Below the pieces are notes generated by a model, which saw only the letters and a list, made by a program, of their open reading frames with translations, did no database searches and was not told the origin of the DNA. A stretch of 47,243 nt of DNA from Patiriisocius sp. (GTDB lineage Bacteria > Patescibacteriota > Minisyncoccia > Phycocordibacterales > UBA918), in assembly GCA_047624725.1 (NCBI GenBank), contig JBLHQB010000003.1, forward strand, positions 1 to 47,243, given 5' to 3'. The first letter of the stretch is position 1. The number at the start of each line of letters is the position of its first letter. Positions 35,837-45,573 of this stretch are shown one piece after another. The translations under genes were made by a program, and so were the position numbers.

Positions 35837-36727
35837 ATGAATATATTTTTAATTTTAGGAACGTCGTTGGGGATAGCACTTTTATCATTGTTGGGGGTTT
35901 TAATTTTTGGAAAATCGGGTCGCCTCACAGGAACACATCGATTTATTGTGCCGTTTGCTATAGGTGCCTTTTTAGCGGTTGCATTTTTTGAGCTGATTCC
36001 CGAGACATTGGAGGCTTCAGCAGCATATGGGCCAATTGCCATTGTTGGAGGATTCTTTCTTTTTTACTTACTCTCTAACGTGTTGCATACGTATCATCAT
36101 CACCATGACGACCACGGACACGAAGATACCTGTAGTGACACCAAGGTAACGGCAATGATTCTGTTGCTTGGAGACGCGGTGCATAACTTTACTGACGGTG
36201 TGGTTATCGCAACTGCATTTTTTGTAAATCCTGCAGTGGGATTTGTAACAGCTCTTGGTGTAGCGCTCCACGAAATCCCTCAGGAGATCGCTGAGTATGG
36301 TGTATTGCGTCACGCTGGATATGCTCCACAGAAAGCTGCGTTACTTAATTTTGCCTCAGCGCTTGGCGTTGTTGTTGGAGCGGGTGCAACGATATTATTT
36401 GCAACGTACTTCACTCCATATCTGTGGGTGCTTATGGGGGTTGCTGCTGGGAACCTTTTGTATGTGGCGACTTCTGACTTGTTGCCTGGAGTGCATCAGG
36501 AATCTCGTAAGAGTGGTGCGTTTCTTGCATCATTTATCGCAACGCTCGCTGGAGTTGTTGTTGTTGCAAGTTTGATCACGTATTCACACAATACATTTGG
36601 TCATGGCCATGAGCACGAATCAGCTCATGAGGTAGAGCACGATGAGCATGATGTGGGTCACGACGATCATGACGAAGATCATGAGGTACATCATGAAGAA
36701 GACGAACATGAGGATCGTGCGCATTAG
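35837..36727 (+). CDS. ZIP family zinc/metal transporter with His-rich tail
   Basis: GDAVHNFTDG, LHEIPQE, His-rich loop and C-terminus. Confidence 0.93.
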   Translation: MNIFLILGTSLGIALLSLLGVLIFGKSGRLTGTHRFIVPFAIGAFLAVAFFELIPETLEASAAYGPIAIVGGFFLFYLLSNVLHTYHHHHDDHGHEDTCSDTKVTAMILLLGDAVHNFTDGVVIATAFFVNPAVGFVTALGVALHEIPQEIAEYGVLRHAGYAPQKAALLNFASALGVVVGAGATILFATYFTPYLWVLMGVAAGNLLYVATSDLLPGVHQESRKSGAFLASFIATLAGVVVVASLITYSHNTFGHGHEHESAHEVEHDEHDVGHDDHDEDHEVHHEEDEHEDRAH

Positions 36728-36782
36728 TTGCATTGCTTGGGGTTTGCTAGAATGTATCCATTAACCTAATGAATGTTTTTGT

Positions 36783-37466
36783 ATGAAAGATCATGTTTGG
36801 AAGATAATTGGCGTTGTTGCAGTACTGGCTATCGGTGCATCTATTGTGTACTCGAACTCAGTAAGTGGTAAGGCGAACGAGGGGGTCGTTTTTGAAGCGC
36901 ATATTAAAGGAAATGCAGAAGCGACAGTGACGCTTACTGAATACAGTGACTTCCAGTGTCCAGCATGTGGACAGTTCTTCCCAGTAATTCAAGACATCAT
37001 GGCTGAACATGGTGACTCAATTGCTTTTGAGTACAAGCATTTCCCGCTACTTTCAATCCATCCGTTTGCAGTACCAGCAGCAAAAGCTGCTGAAGCAGCA
37101 GGGCAACAAGGCAAGTTTTTTGAAATGCATGACAAGCTGTTTGAAAACCAACAGATCTGGTCAGCTGGTGCAGCACCACAGCCATTCTTCACTAAGTATG
37201 CTGAAGAACTTGAGCTCGACATGGATTTGTTTAAGCGCCACTTGAAGGCATCAGTGATCAACGATAAGATCCAAGCAGAATTTGAAGAGGCACGAGGTCT
37301 GGGTCTTACCAGTACTCCATCATTCTTCCTTAACGGAGAACGAATGTCGTTTAGCACCTACGAAGACTTTGTGAATCAGATCACTGCAGCAGTGAATCCT
37401 GAAGCCTCTGATGCACAAGTAGCACCTACAGCAACTGAAGAGCCTGCAGTTCGATTTGGTCTATAA
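36783..37466 (+). CDS. DsbA/BdbD-like thiol-disulfide oxidoreductase
   Basis: EYSDFQCPAC, KHFPL, STPSFFLNG. Confidence 0.93.
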   Translation: MKDHVWKIIGVVAVLAIGASIVYSNSVSGKANEGVVFEAHIKGNAEATVTLTEYSDFQCPACGQFFPVIQDIMAEHGDSIAFEYKHFPLLSIHPFAVPAAKAAEAAGQQGKFFEMHDKLFENQQIWSAGAAPQPFFTKYAEELELDMDLFKRHLKASVINDKIQAEFEEARGLGLTSTPSFFLNGERMSFSTYEDFVNQITAAVNPEASDAQVAPTATEEPAVRFGL

Positions 37467-37480
37467 GACCATGAAGATAT

Positions 37481-37516
37481 AAAAAATAGGCGATCCTTTG
37501 GGATCGCCTATTTTTT
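37481..37516. terminator. bidirectional terminator
   Basis: AAAAAATAGGCGATCC-TTTG-GGATCGCCTATTTTTT. Confidence 0.85.
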
Positions 37517-38750
37517 ATATAACCTCGAACGTTATTGCTTCAAATAATTCTTTACTTGTATCAACAACTTCTTGATGTTCCTTACCTACAATATAGTGTC
37601 GAGTGACAGTGCCTCCTCCTTGGGAAACTTGCATCACATCCTTTCCAATCTTCGCCATCTTGTCTTCAGTGATCATTGGAGCGTGTTCGGCGGTAACTTT
37701 CCTCGTATACGAAATTGATTGCAGTACACCTTCTTCAGTTGATGCCTTCTGCATAACGCATACTGACTTTTTTAATTCTGGAATTTCGATAGCCTTTCCA
37801 ACTTTGTTTTTCACGTCGTTACCGAAGTGATCCATTCCGTGGCTGTATTCAAATAGTTTTTGTCGATTGCCTCCAATACGCAATCCAACTTCGAAGAATT
37901 TCCACTGTCCATTGCTGTATACAGAGTCGAAGTGCGCGCTGGTGTCTTTTAGTTCAAAACGAGCGATAACCTTTGCTACAGATTGCTTAAGATCAGTAAG
38001 CTGAGCGTCAGTAACCTCATCAGTTGTATATTGATACACACTGTACGTGTCAGTCCCACCAAGTTCTTGTGGGGTTACTACGCGCACCAATGGGCAGAAT
38101 GTTGGTGCACCCTCTGCATTAATATACACATTCACCGAATACTGCGGTCCTTCAATATATGACTCGGCAATTACCGAGATGTCTGCAAGATAGTGTTTCT
38201 GTGCAATCTCGTGCATTTGCGGTGCAAATGTTTGGTAGTGGGTTAAAAACTCTTCAGGGGAGTGCACAACACGAATCATGATGCTGCCTGCTAAACCGCT
38301 TGGCTTAATCACTAGAGGGTATGAAAGTGTGTCGAGTTTGCTCAGTAACTCTTCGTCTACAAGATGTGTTTGTGGCACCAATTCAGGATGTGTCTGCGAC
38401 ATTCCTTCTTTGAAGAGTCGCTTGTCGATACTTTCTTTGTATAGCTGTGCTTGTGTGTCGGTAATTTTCCCACATAAAAGTTGTGCCTGGATATATGCAG
38501 GCATATCACGCTCTTGTGTGCAGGTAATGGCTGCTACTGAGTCAGCATCATCTTGTAGCCGCTGCACATCTTCTGGAAGTGTTAGGTCATACAACACATC
38601 AAACAACGCAAGATTCTTCTGCTTTGCTTCAGTTTCTGGAGCGCGAGCATATGCGCAGGCAAGCGTAATATCCTCACCAGGGAAGTAGGATCGGATTTTG
38701 CGTATGTTTGCTAGTTTTGTATATCCAGCTATAAGAATTATTTTTGACAT
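37515..38750 (-). CDS. ATP-grasp ligase (L-amino-acid-ligase-like)
   Basis: DKRLFK, YPLVIKPSGLAGS, AESYIEGPQYSV, FEVGLRIGG. Confidence 0.85.
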   Translation of the reverse strand: MSKIILIAGYTKLANIRKIRSYFPGEDITLACAYARAPETEAKQKNLALFDVLYDLTLPEDVQRLQDDADSVAAITCTQERDMPAYIQAQLLCGKITDTQAQLYKESIDKRLFKEGMSQTHPELVPQTHLVDEELLSKLDTLSYPLVIKPSGLAGSIMIRVVHSPEEFLTHYQTFAPQMHEIAQKHYLADISVIAESYIEGPQYSVNVYINAEGAPTFCPLVRVVTPQELGGTDTYSVYQYTTDEVTDAQLTDLKQSVAKVIARFELKDTSAHFDSVYSNGQWKFFEVGLRIGGNRQKLFEYSHGMDHFGNDVKNKVGKAIEIPELKKSVCVMQKASTEEGVLQSISYTRKVTAEHAPMITEDKMAKIGKDVMQVSQGGGTVTRHYIVGKEHQEVVDTSKELFEAITFEVI

Positions 38751-38753
38751 CTA

Positions 38754-39707
38754 TTATTTGAGTTTAAAGTAACTACGGAGTACCTTTTCGGCAATGGTAA
38801 ATGCGGTTGTTTCGTCGTTGCATCGTTTTGGTAGGTAATACGTTGCTGGCTCACTATTGAGCTCAATGATCAAATACGAATCAGTGTCAGTGATGTCGCC
38901 GGGAATAAAGACATCGATACCTACAACGCTCGTTGAGAGGGTTTGCGCAAGTTTTTTTGCCCATTTCTTAAGTGCCGGTGGGAATTTCTCAGTTTTGTAA
39001 TACTCAGCAGAGGGTAGTCTAATCAGGTGGTATTTAAATTTTGCACCTTCTTCAAGAATAGTTGATGGTTTTGTCTTGAGTACCTTGTGTTGCAGGGCAA
39101 TGTAGGCAGTGTCTTTTGCAGATTCCTTAACTTCAGATAGAAGTTGTTTGATTGTTGATTTCCCATCTCCCACAACGCTCTGGTTATGCTTTGAGTGCAT
39201 AAGCACCACATCATTGTCGATGACCAGAATACGATATTCATTTTGGTCCAGTAATGGTTGTATCAAAAAATCATTGCTGTCTTTGTAGTATTTCTTTGCA
39301 ACTTTAGACAGTTGCGCGGCATTTTCAGAGATTGTTATACCGATACCGTCATATCCTCTGTCGGGCTTTGTGAGCACCGGGAACTTTTGTCGGATACCTG
39401 CTGCGTATAGACCGATCTCTTTAGCGGAAGAAAAAGCATCCAGACGCACCTCTCGAGTCTTGATGACATTGTATCCGTATTTCTTAAGTACTTTTTGCGT
39501 AAGCATTTTACTCACTGTGAAGTGACCTGCACTACGTCGTGAGGTTGGGTAAAAGCCCGGATATCCTTTAGATAGAAGACAAAAGGTTTGGTCATTTGAG
39601 ATGAGCAAACTCTTTTTTGTTGGAGTACCTTGAACGACTTCTACGGTAAGTCCAAGTTTTTTGGCCACTTCAGTATAGATGGTGGTAGTTGGCACATTGT
39701 TTTTCAT
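38754..39707 (-). CDS. ATP-grasp protein (cyanophycin synthetase/GshF-like ATP-grasp)
   Basis: FPVLTKPD.G..G.GI, EYRILV, VVGDGKSTIKQL, VVGIDV, IIELNSEP. Confidence 0.85.
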   Translation of the reverse strand: MKNNVPTTTIYTEVAKKLGLTVEVVQGTPTKKSLLISNDQTFCLLSKGYPGFYPTSRRSAGHFTVSKMLTQKVLKKYGYNVIKTREVRLDAFSSAKEIGLYAAGIRQKFPVLTKPDRGYDGIGITISENAAQLSKVAKKYYKDSNDFLIQPLLDQNEYRILVIDNDVVLMHSKHNQSVVGDGKSTIKQLLSEVKESAKDTAYIALQHKVLKTKPSTILEEGAKFKYHLIRLPSAEYYKTEKFPPALKKWAKKLAQTLSTSVVGIDVFIPGDITDTDSYLIIELNSEPATYYLPKRCNDETTAFTIAEKVLRSYFKLK

Positions 39708-39822
39708 AGGACGCAGTTATACCATAAAAAATGGGTTTAATCGAGAGCTGGTGCTCAGAGACTGTTTGAATACGGTGATTTTATGGTGCTACAAAATGCA
39801 TTATCAGTGTGCTTTTGAGAGG

Positions 39823-40794
39823 TTACTTGATGTTAAAGTAGTTTTTTAAGGCATTCTCAAATATTTTGATTCCCGATTCTCCATCGTTAAACCACTCAAC
39901 GAGGTAGTGCAATCCAGGGTTCGAGTTGATCTCGATGATTATGTAGTTATCGGTGTCATTAAAATCATCAGGAATGAATACATCAATACCGACAACTGAA
40001 GTGGTAGTATTTTTAGCGAGTTCCAGAGCCCATTTCTTTGCTGCAGGAGGGAATTTCTTTGTCTCATAAAATGTTGCACTCGGTCCTCGGGTAAGGTGAT
40101 ATTCAAAATGAACACCCTTTTCAAGTACTGATGTTGGCTTCGTCCCTAGCTTTTTGTGCTGCCACGCCATGTACGTTGCATCAGTTTTCTCAGGAATTAT
40201 TTCTGACAAAAGTTCCTTGATGGTTGATTTGCCGTCTCCAAGCACATGATAGGTGCTTTTTGCGTGCATAAGCTCAACTTTGTTGTTGAGTACAAAGATT
40301 CGGTATTCAGTATGATCGGTGATGATGGGCTGAATCATGAAGTCTTCTTTCTGTCTGAAGTGCTTGAGACCTACCTTTACCAGCTGAGCCTTGTCTTCAA
40401 TTACAGAGATATTCTTAGAGTTCATTCCATGATCAGGCTTGACCAGGGCAGGAAATGTGACTTTTAACTTACTCAGAGCCTCACTGCATGCTTTTTGTGA
40501 AGTGTATTCTTTTACTCGAACAGCTTTTGAAGGAATAACGTTGTATCCAATCTGCTTTAGTAGCGTCTGAGAAAGCAGCTTACTTCCAGTGAAGTGGGCA
40601 TACCAACGAGATGCACCAGGAAACATCCCTGGCGCTGCAGCGCTCGCCAGATAGAACTTCTTCCCGTTCGTGACGTGCAGGAGGTATTTTATTGGAGAGC
40701 TTGCCACTTTTTTAGTGGTGAGACCTAGGTTCTTTGCTGCAATTTTGCAAAGCTCGATGTTGTTTACATCCTTCTTTATTTTGCTGGTTTTCAT
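39823..40794 (-). CDS. ATP-grasp protein, paralog of 38754-39707
   Basis: FPALVKPD, EYRIFV, VLGDGKSTIKEL, VVGIDVFIP, IIEINSNPG; likely start 40794 (MKTSK). Confidence 0.85.
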   Translation of the reverse strand: MKTSKIKKDVNNIELCKIAAKNLGLTTKKVASSPIKYLLHVTNGKKFYLASAAAPGMFPGASRWYAHFTGSKLLSQTLLKQIGYNVIPSKAVRVKEYTSQKACSEALSKLKVTFPALVKPDHGMNSKNISVIEDKAQLVKVGLKHFRQKEDFMIQPIITDHTEYRIFVLNNKVELMHAKSTYHVLGDGKSTIKELLSEIIPEKTDATYMAWQHKKLGTKPTSVLEKGVHFEYHLTRGPSATFYETKKFPPAAKKWALELAKNTTTSVVGIDVFIPDDFNDTDNYIIIEINSNPGLHYLVEWFNDGESGIKIFENALKNYFNIK

Positions 40795-40962
40795 AGGTAA
40801 ATGTATACCATAAAAATAACTATGCTTCGAGTATATCTTGTCAAGCGTTGCTTTTAACAACATGTGTGTTGTAATAGCACAAAACCCACTTTTTGTAGTA
40901 TGCTTTTGTCTCTGATTACAGAAATGGGTGCAAACGTCAGTTTTTAAATTATATTTATTGAT

Positions 40963-42333
40963 ATGGAGAAACAGCCCAAAAACATTATTGTGTTCATTGC
41001 GACACTGCACGATCGATACGTGAACGACATTGCAGAGTATGCAGAAGCATATGGAAAGGAATATCGAATCCTTTTGCTATGGGACACAAAACTAAAGCAA
41101 GGGCCTGTAGGTAAAAAATATGACATTCTTCTTGAATGTGATTTTTCTAAACCCCACAAGATTGCAGAGGTTTTACTTCCATACCAAGATCAGCTTATGG
41201 CGGTAACGTGCCGTACTGAACAAAATATTGCTCGCTTCGCACAAGTTATTCCCCATGTACCATATCTACGAACCCCGACCACTGAATCGTTAAAATGGGC
41301 TACTGATAAGTATGAGATGCGTAAGCGCCTTAAACTATTTGATGCTAAGAACACACCTAAGTTCACGTGGGTAAAAGAGAATACTCAGGATGAACGCACA
41401 CGGGTGATTGACAAGGTGTCATTCCCGATGATTATAAAGCCCGCGAGTCTTGCAGGAAGTCTTTTTGTAACCATCTGTTACCACGAAGAAGAACTAGAGA
41501 AGACGCTCACAACGCTCTTTCGAAAAATGAAGAAAGCGTATGAATCAAACGAACGTTCTGAGATGCCAAAGATTCTTGCAGAGGAGTACATGGAAGGAGA
41601 TTTGTATTCTGTAGACTCGTATGTAAACACGCGAGGTGAGGTATATCACTGTCCGTTAGTGCGTCAGAAGACTGCGCGCGATATTGGCCACGACGATTTC
41701 TATAACTACTTACAAATTACACCTACAGCACTAAAGAGTTCTACTATTGAAAAAGCGCAGGCCGTAGCTGAAACAGCGATCCATGCACTAGGATTACGAA
41801 GTGTGACTGCTCACGTTGAGTTGATGAAGGTTGATGATGAGTGGAAGATTATCGAAGTGGGGCCACGAGCAGGTGGCGCACGCGATATATTGCATAAGCT
41901 CAGTTGTGACATCAATCACACAATGAACGATATTGCTATTCGTATCCCACGAAAGCCAACAATTCCTAAGAAGTGTAAGGGGTTCTCGGCATATCTTAAG
42001 CACTTTGCAGATAAGGAGGGAACGATTACTGAAATGAAAGGTGTGAAGAAAATTGAGTCGCTGGATTCCTTCCATAGCATGACGGTAAACAAGAAGCTCG
42101 GCGATCGTTCAGTATTTGCGCGCAATGGCGGACGTTCAATCTTTAATCTGTTCTTATATAATGAAGACCGATCGAAGCTTCTGGCGGACATTCGGCGAAT
42201 TGAAAAGATGGTTGCTATCAAAGTTTCTAACGGCTCGACACCGAGTAAGAAGACAGTGGTGAAGAAAAAGGTTGTCAAAGTTGTGAAGAAAACGGTTGCA
42301 GCAGTTGCGAAGAAAGTAACTAAGAAGAAATAA
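40963..42333 (+). CDS. ATP-grasp ligase (L-amino-acid-ligase-like) with Lys/Val-rich tail
   Basis: TDKYEMR, FPMIIKPASLAGS, AEEYMEG, HVEL, IIEVGPRAGG. Confidence 0.88.
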   Translation: MEKQPKNIIVFIATLHDRYVNDIAEYAEAYGKEYRILLLWDTKLKQGPVGKKYDILLECDFSKPHKIAEVLLPYQDQLMAVTCRTEQNIARFAQVIPHVPYLRTPTTESLKWATDKYEMRKRLKLFDAKNTPKFTWVKENTQDERTRVIDKVSFPMIIKPASLAGSLFVTICYHEEELEKTLTTLFRKMKKAYESNERSEMPKILAEEYMEGDLYSVDSYVNTRGEVYHCPLVRQKTARDIGHDDFYNYLQITPTALKSSTIEKAQAVAETAIHALGLRSVTAHVELMKVDDEWKIIEVGPRAGGARDILHKLSCDINHTMNDIAIRIPRKPTIPKKCKGFSAYLKHFADKEGTITEMKGVKKIESLDSFHSMTVNKKLGDRSVFARNGGRSIFNLFLYNEDRSKLLADIRRIEKMVAIKVSNGSTPSKKTVVKKKVVKVVKKTVAAVAKKVTKKK

Positions 42334-42336
42334 GTT

Positions 42337-42377
42337 ATACCAAAGCACGACACCCATTGGGTGTCGTGCTTTGGTAT
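42337..42377. terminator. hairpin terminator
   Basis: ATACCAAAGCACGACACCC-ATT-GGGTGTCGTGCTTTGGTAT. Confidence 0.7.
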
Positions 42378-42387
42378 CATGTACGCA

Positions 42388-43182
42388 ATGATACGCACAC
42401 GGGATTTTATATTGTTCATCTTGGTTTTTCTGTTTTTAACTATGGCAATTACCGCGACTGTGGCCACTGATACAACAAGCACTGGTCCATCGGTTACACA
42501 TGTTTCATTCTCAGACACGGAGCTCTCGCTCACTACTGAGGCGTCAGAAGAGGAAGCAGGCATCAACAGAACAGCAATTATCGAACGTCTACGCGATAAG
42601 CTTGCCAATAACACACTAAGCATCACCCCTGTCCCAACCTCTCCCGAGTCTGAAGAGCCTGAGGTGTCAGAAGAAGAGGAGACGGCGGGAACTCTGCAAA
42701 AATGTCTGTTTCCAGACGATGCACTTTCAATGATCCCACGATGGCCACTGTCTAATGTGTATGTAGAAAGCAGGGAAGGAGCGCGTTTGGTATACCTTGA
42801 AGAAACGATATCAGTACCAAGTATTGGCACGAGTACCGCAAGCACAACCATTGAGACCTCAGCAGTCATCACACCATTGCTACAGCTGACGCTGTCACCA
42901 GTAAAGCAATCAGCAGTGTCGTGTATCCCGAGTCAGATTGTCGGAGTGAGTAACACGGGAGTGCTTTTGTTCAATACTGACGCGAACGCATACCGAGGTA
43001 TTGGCGAAAATACACAAATCGGCTACGCACGCGATGGATTCCCGATTTATGGGGTCTACGGAGGTGAGGTAGATGAGTGTGGTGGATATGATCACCCGCT
43101 TGGCTATCGCTACACTGTTTCAAATGAGCGGCCGTATCTCTTGGGTTGCTTTAAAGGTTTTCCACAGCCATTTACGTTGTAA
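42388..43182 (+). CDS. exported protein with degenerate YHYH-like domain
   Basis: IGYARDGFPIYG..VDECGG..YRY..PYLLGCFKG; likely start 42388. Confidence 0.7.
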   Translation: MIRTRDFILFILVFLFLTMAITATVATDTTSTGPSVTHVSFSDTELSLTTEASEEEAGINRTAIIERLRDKLANNTLSITPVPTSPESEEPEVSEEEETAGTLQKCLFPDDALSMIPRWPLSNVYVESREGARLVYLEETISVPSIGTSTASTTIETSAVITPLLQLTLSPVKQSAVSCIPSQIVGVSNTGVLLFNTDANAYRGIGENTQIGYARDGFPIYGVYGGEVDECGGYDHPLGYRYTVSNERPYLLGCFKGFPQPFTL

Positions 43183-43197
43183 GTTTAGATATATTAT

Positions 43198-44418
43198 ATG
43201 AAAAAATTTCCTGAAGGGTTTCACTGGGGTGCTGCGACTGCTTCATATCAGGTTGAAGGGTTTAATGAGAACTGCGATTGGGCAAAGGCTGCTAAGGAAG
43301 GGAGAGTGCCTCCTGCAGGACGCTTGGCTGACCACTATCATCGATATGAAGAGGACTTTGATATTGCAAAAAACCTTGGTCATAATGCACACCGATTTTC
43401 TGTTGAATGGGGAAGGATCGAGCCTCAGGAAGGAGTGTTTGATCAGGACGAAATAGAACACTATCGTGAAGTGCTCAAGGCACTGCATAAACGCAAAATC
43501 ACACCGTTCATTACGTTATGGCATTTTACGTTGCCGTTATGGTTCGCTGAGTCTGGAGGATTTGAGCGTAAGGATGCTCCTGAAGTATTTGCGCGATATT
43601 GCGCAAAGGTAGCTAAGGAACTCGGAGATTTGTGTGACCATTTTTCAACAATGAATGAACCAAATGTATTTGGATCAAATGGGTATCTTCGTGGAAGTTG
43701 GCCGCCATTTAAGCGGTTTGCAGCAACTGACTTGGTCTCAATCACTAACTCTGGCCGAATGTTTGAATCGCGTGCTGATAAAGGGATTCGACCTTTCTTT
43801 CTCTATTTGCGTGTCATGAAGAACCTAGCAAAGGCACATAATGCTGGATATGAGGCTATTAAAAAAGTGGTACCAAAAGCAGATGTTGGGGTGGTAAAAC
43901 ATGTGATTTACTTTCACGCTAACTGGAATCCATTTAATAAGCTCAAGGCTGGAATCGCGAACTACACCTGGACCCATATCTTTATGAAGCGTACGTATAA
44001 GAAGTGCGACTCAATTGGATTAAATTACTACTTTCACAAGAAGTTTGGTGATAACGCAGTGTATGAAAAGACTGACATGGATTGGGATATTTATCCTGAA
44101 GGAATTTATGGGTCACTGCGAATGCTTTGGAAGTATAAAAAGCCTATTTTTGTCTCAGAGGCAGGATTAGCAGATGAACAAGATATCTATCGGGCGGATT
44201 ACATTACACGGCAAGTTCAAGCGGTATCAGATGCTATAGATTCAGGGGTAGACATCCGAGGTCATATGTACTGGTCGCTGTTTGATAACTACGAATGGGC
44301 ACTGGGAATTGATAAGAAGTTTGGACTGGTGGAAATTGACTACAAAACGCTTGAACGAAAGATTCGACCTTCGGCATGGGTGTATAAGGAGTTGATTGAG
44401 GAGGCTCAGAAGGGGTAG
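43198..44418 (+). CDS. glycoside hydrolase family 1 (beta-glucosidase/galactosidase-like)
   Basis: FPEGFHWGAATASYQVEG, RFSVEWGRIEP, TMNEP, VSEAG, WSLFDNYEW. Confidence 0.95.
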   Translation: MKKFPEGFHWGAATASYQVEGFNENCDWAKAAKEGRVPPAGRLADHYHRYEEDFDIAKNLGHNAHRFSVEWGRIEPQEGVFDQDEIEHYREVLKALHKRKITPFITLWHFTLPLWFAESGGFERKDAPEVFARYCAKVAKELGDLCDHFSTMNEPNVFGSNGYLRGSWPPFKRFAATDLVSITNSGRMFESRADKGIRPFFLYLRVMKNLAKAHNAGYEAIKKVVPKADVGVVKHVIYFHANWNPFNKLKAGIANYTWTHIFMKRTYKKCDSIGLNYYFHKKFGDNAVYEKTDMDWDIYPEGIYGSLRMLWKYKKPIFVSEAGLADEQDIYRADYITRQVQAVSDAIDSGVDIRGHMYWSLFDNYEWALGIDKKFGLVEIDYKTLERKIRPSAWVYKELIEEAQKG

Positions 44419-44428
44419 CTGTAATACT

Positions 44429-44540
44429 ACAAGGTTGAACCTTGTGAGGCTAGGTGCTGGATTGCTTCGTCTCTGGACTCGCAAAGACCAATGGGTGGCT
44501 GGAAGTGTAGTGTCGTCTTTGCGAGCGGAGCGCGGCAATC
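44429..44540. repeat. REP-like palindromic extragenic element
   Basis: ACAAGGTT-G-AACCTTGT palindrome; inverted pair GATTGC..CTCGCAAAGAC / GTCTTTGCGAG..GCAATC. Confidence 0.6.
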
Positions 44541-44640
44541 TAGGTTTCAATCGATAGCAGTGAAGATTTTATCTGCACTGCTATTTTTTTGTGGACAATA
44601 CCACGAGTAAATGGCACAGTTTAATGGGATACTATAGGGA

Positions 44641-45573
44641 ATGACTTGGTTACTACTTGCGACTGCGGGGCAATTTATTAATGCCATTGTTGCGTTGTTG
44701 GATAAATATATCGTCTCTGACGATGAGGCATTACCACGACCTTTCGTATACGCGTTTTATTCTTGCTTGGTGACGAGCTTTTGGGTAGTTATCTACTTTG
44801 TTGGCTTTATTCCAGGACTCTCTGAGGTCGGAGTTCCATCATTCGCGAACGTGCAGTCGCCAACTATTCAGGTGGTAGGGATGTCGTTCTTGGCGGCGTA
44901 TACCTTCTTTATGGCACTGGTGTCTATGTATGATGGACTGAAGAGTGCTGATGCGTCGGATGTGATGCCTGTAGTTGGGGCTGTGGCAGCGATCTCTTCA
45001 TTTGGGATGTCATACCTCTTTCTTGATACAGTACTGACACCTAACTTTATTTGGGGAATTTGTCTACTTGCCGTAGGGACACTCTTAGTTTCTCAGATGC
45101 GTTTCACCAGTAGCGTCGTTTTACATACTATCCATAGTGGAATATTTTTCTCACTGCACTACATAACCATGAAAGGTCTCTTTCTTGAGACATCATTTGA
45201 TGATGGGTTCTTTTGGTCGCGAGTTGGGTTCATTGCATTTGCACTTTCGTTGTTACTAGTCCCGTCATACTACGCAAAGATTACCGAACAGACCAAGAAA
45301 ACCACAAAGAAAGGTGGAATGTTGGTACTTGCTGCAAAACTACTTGCGGGAGTCGCTGCATTTATGTTGCTGAAGGCAACTGATATGGGTGACGTGACGG
45401 TTGTGCAGGCACTTGATGGTCTGAAGTATGTGTTCATCATTTTGTTTGGAATCCTCTTTGGTCGCTTTATTCCTAAGGCAGCTGGTGAGAACGCGTATGA
45501 CACGAAGACCATTGTGCGTAAGGTGCTGTACGTTGCGATCATTTCTATTGGCTTTATCATACTCTTTAGATAA
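44641..45573 (+). CDS. EamA/DMT-like multi-pass membrane transporter
   Basis: about 10 TM helices, AIVALLDKY, GDVTVVQAL. Confidence 0.75.
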   Translation: MTWLLLATAGQFINAIVALLDKYIVSDDEALPRPFVYAFYSCLVTSFWVVIYFVGFIPGLSEVGVPSFANVQSPTIQVVGMSFLAAYTFFMALVSMYDGLKSADASDVMPVVGAVAAISSFGMSYLFLDTVLTPNFIWGICLLAVGTLLVSQMRFTSSVVLHTIHSGIFFSLHYITMKGLFLETSFDDGFFWSRVGFIAFALSLLLVPSYYAKITEQTKKTTKKGGMLVLAAKLLAGVAAFMLLKATDMGDVTVVQALDGLKYVFIILFGILFGRFIPKAAGENAYDTKTIVRKVLYVAIISIGFIILFR

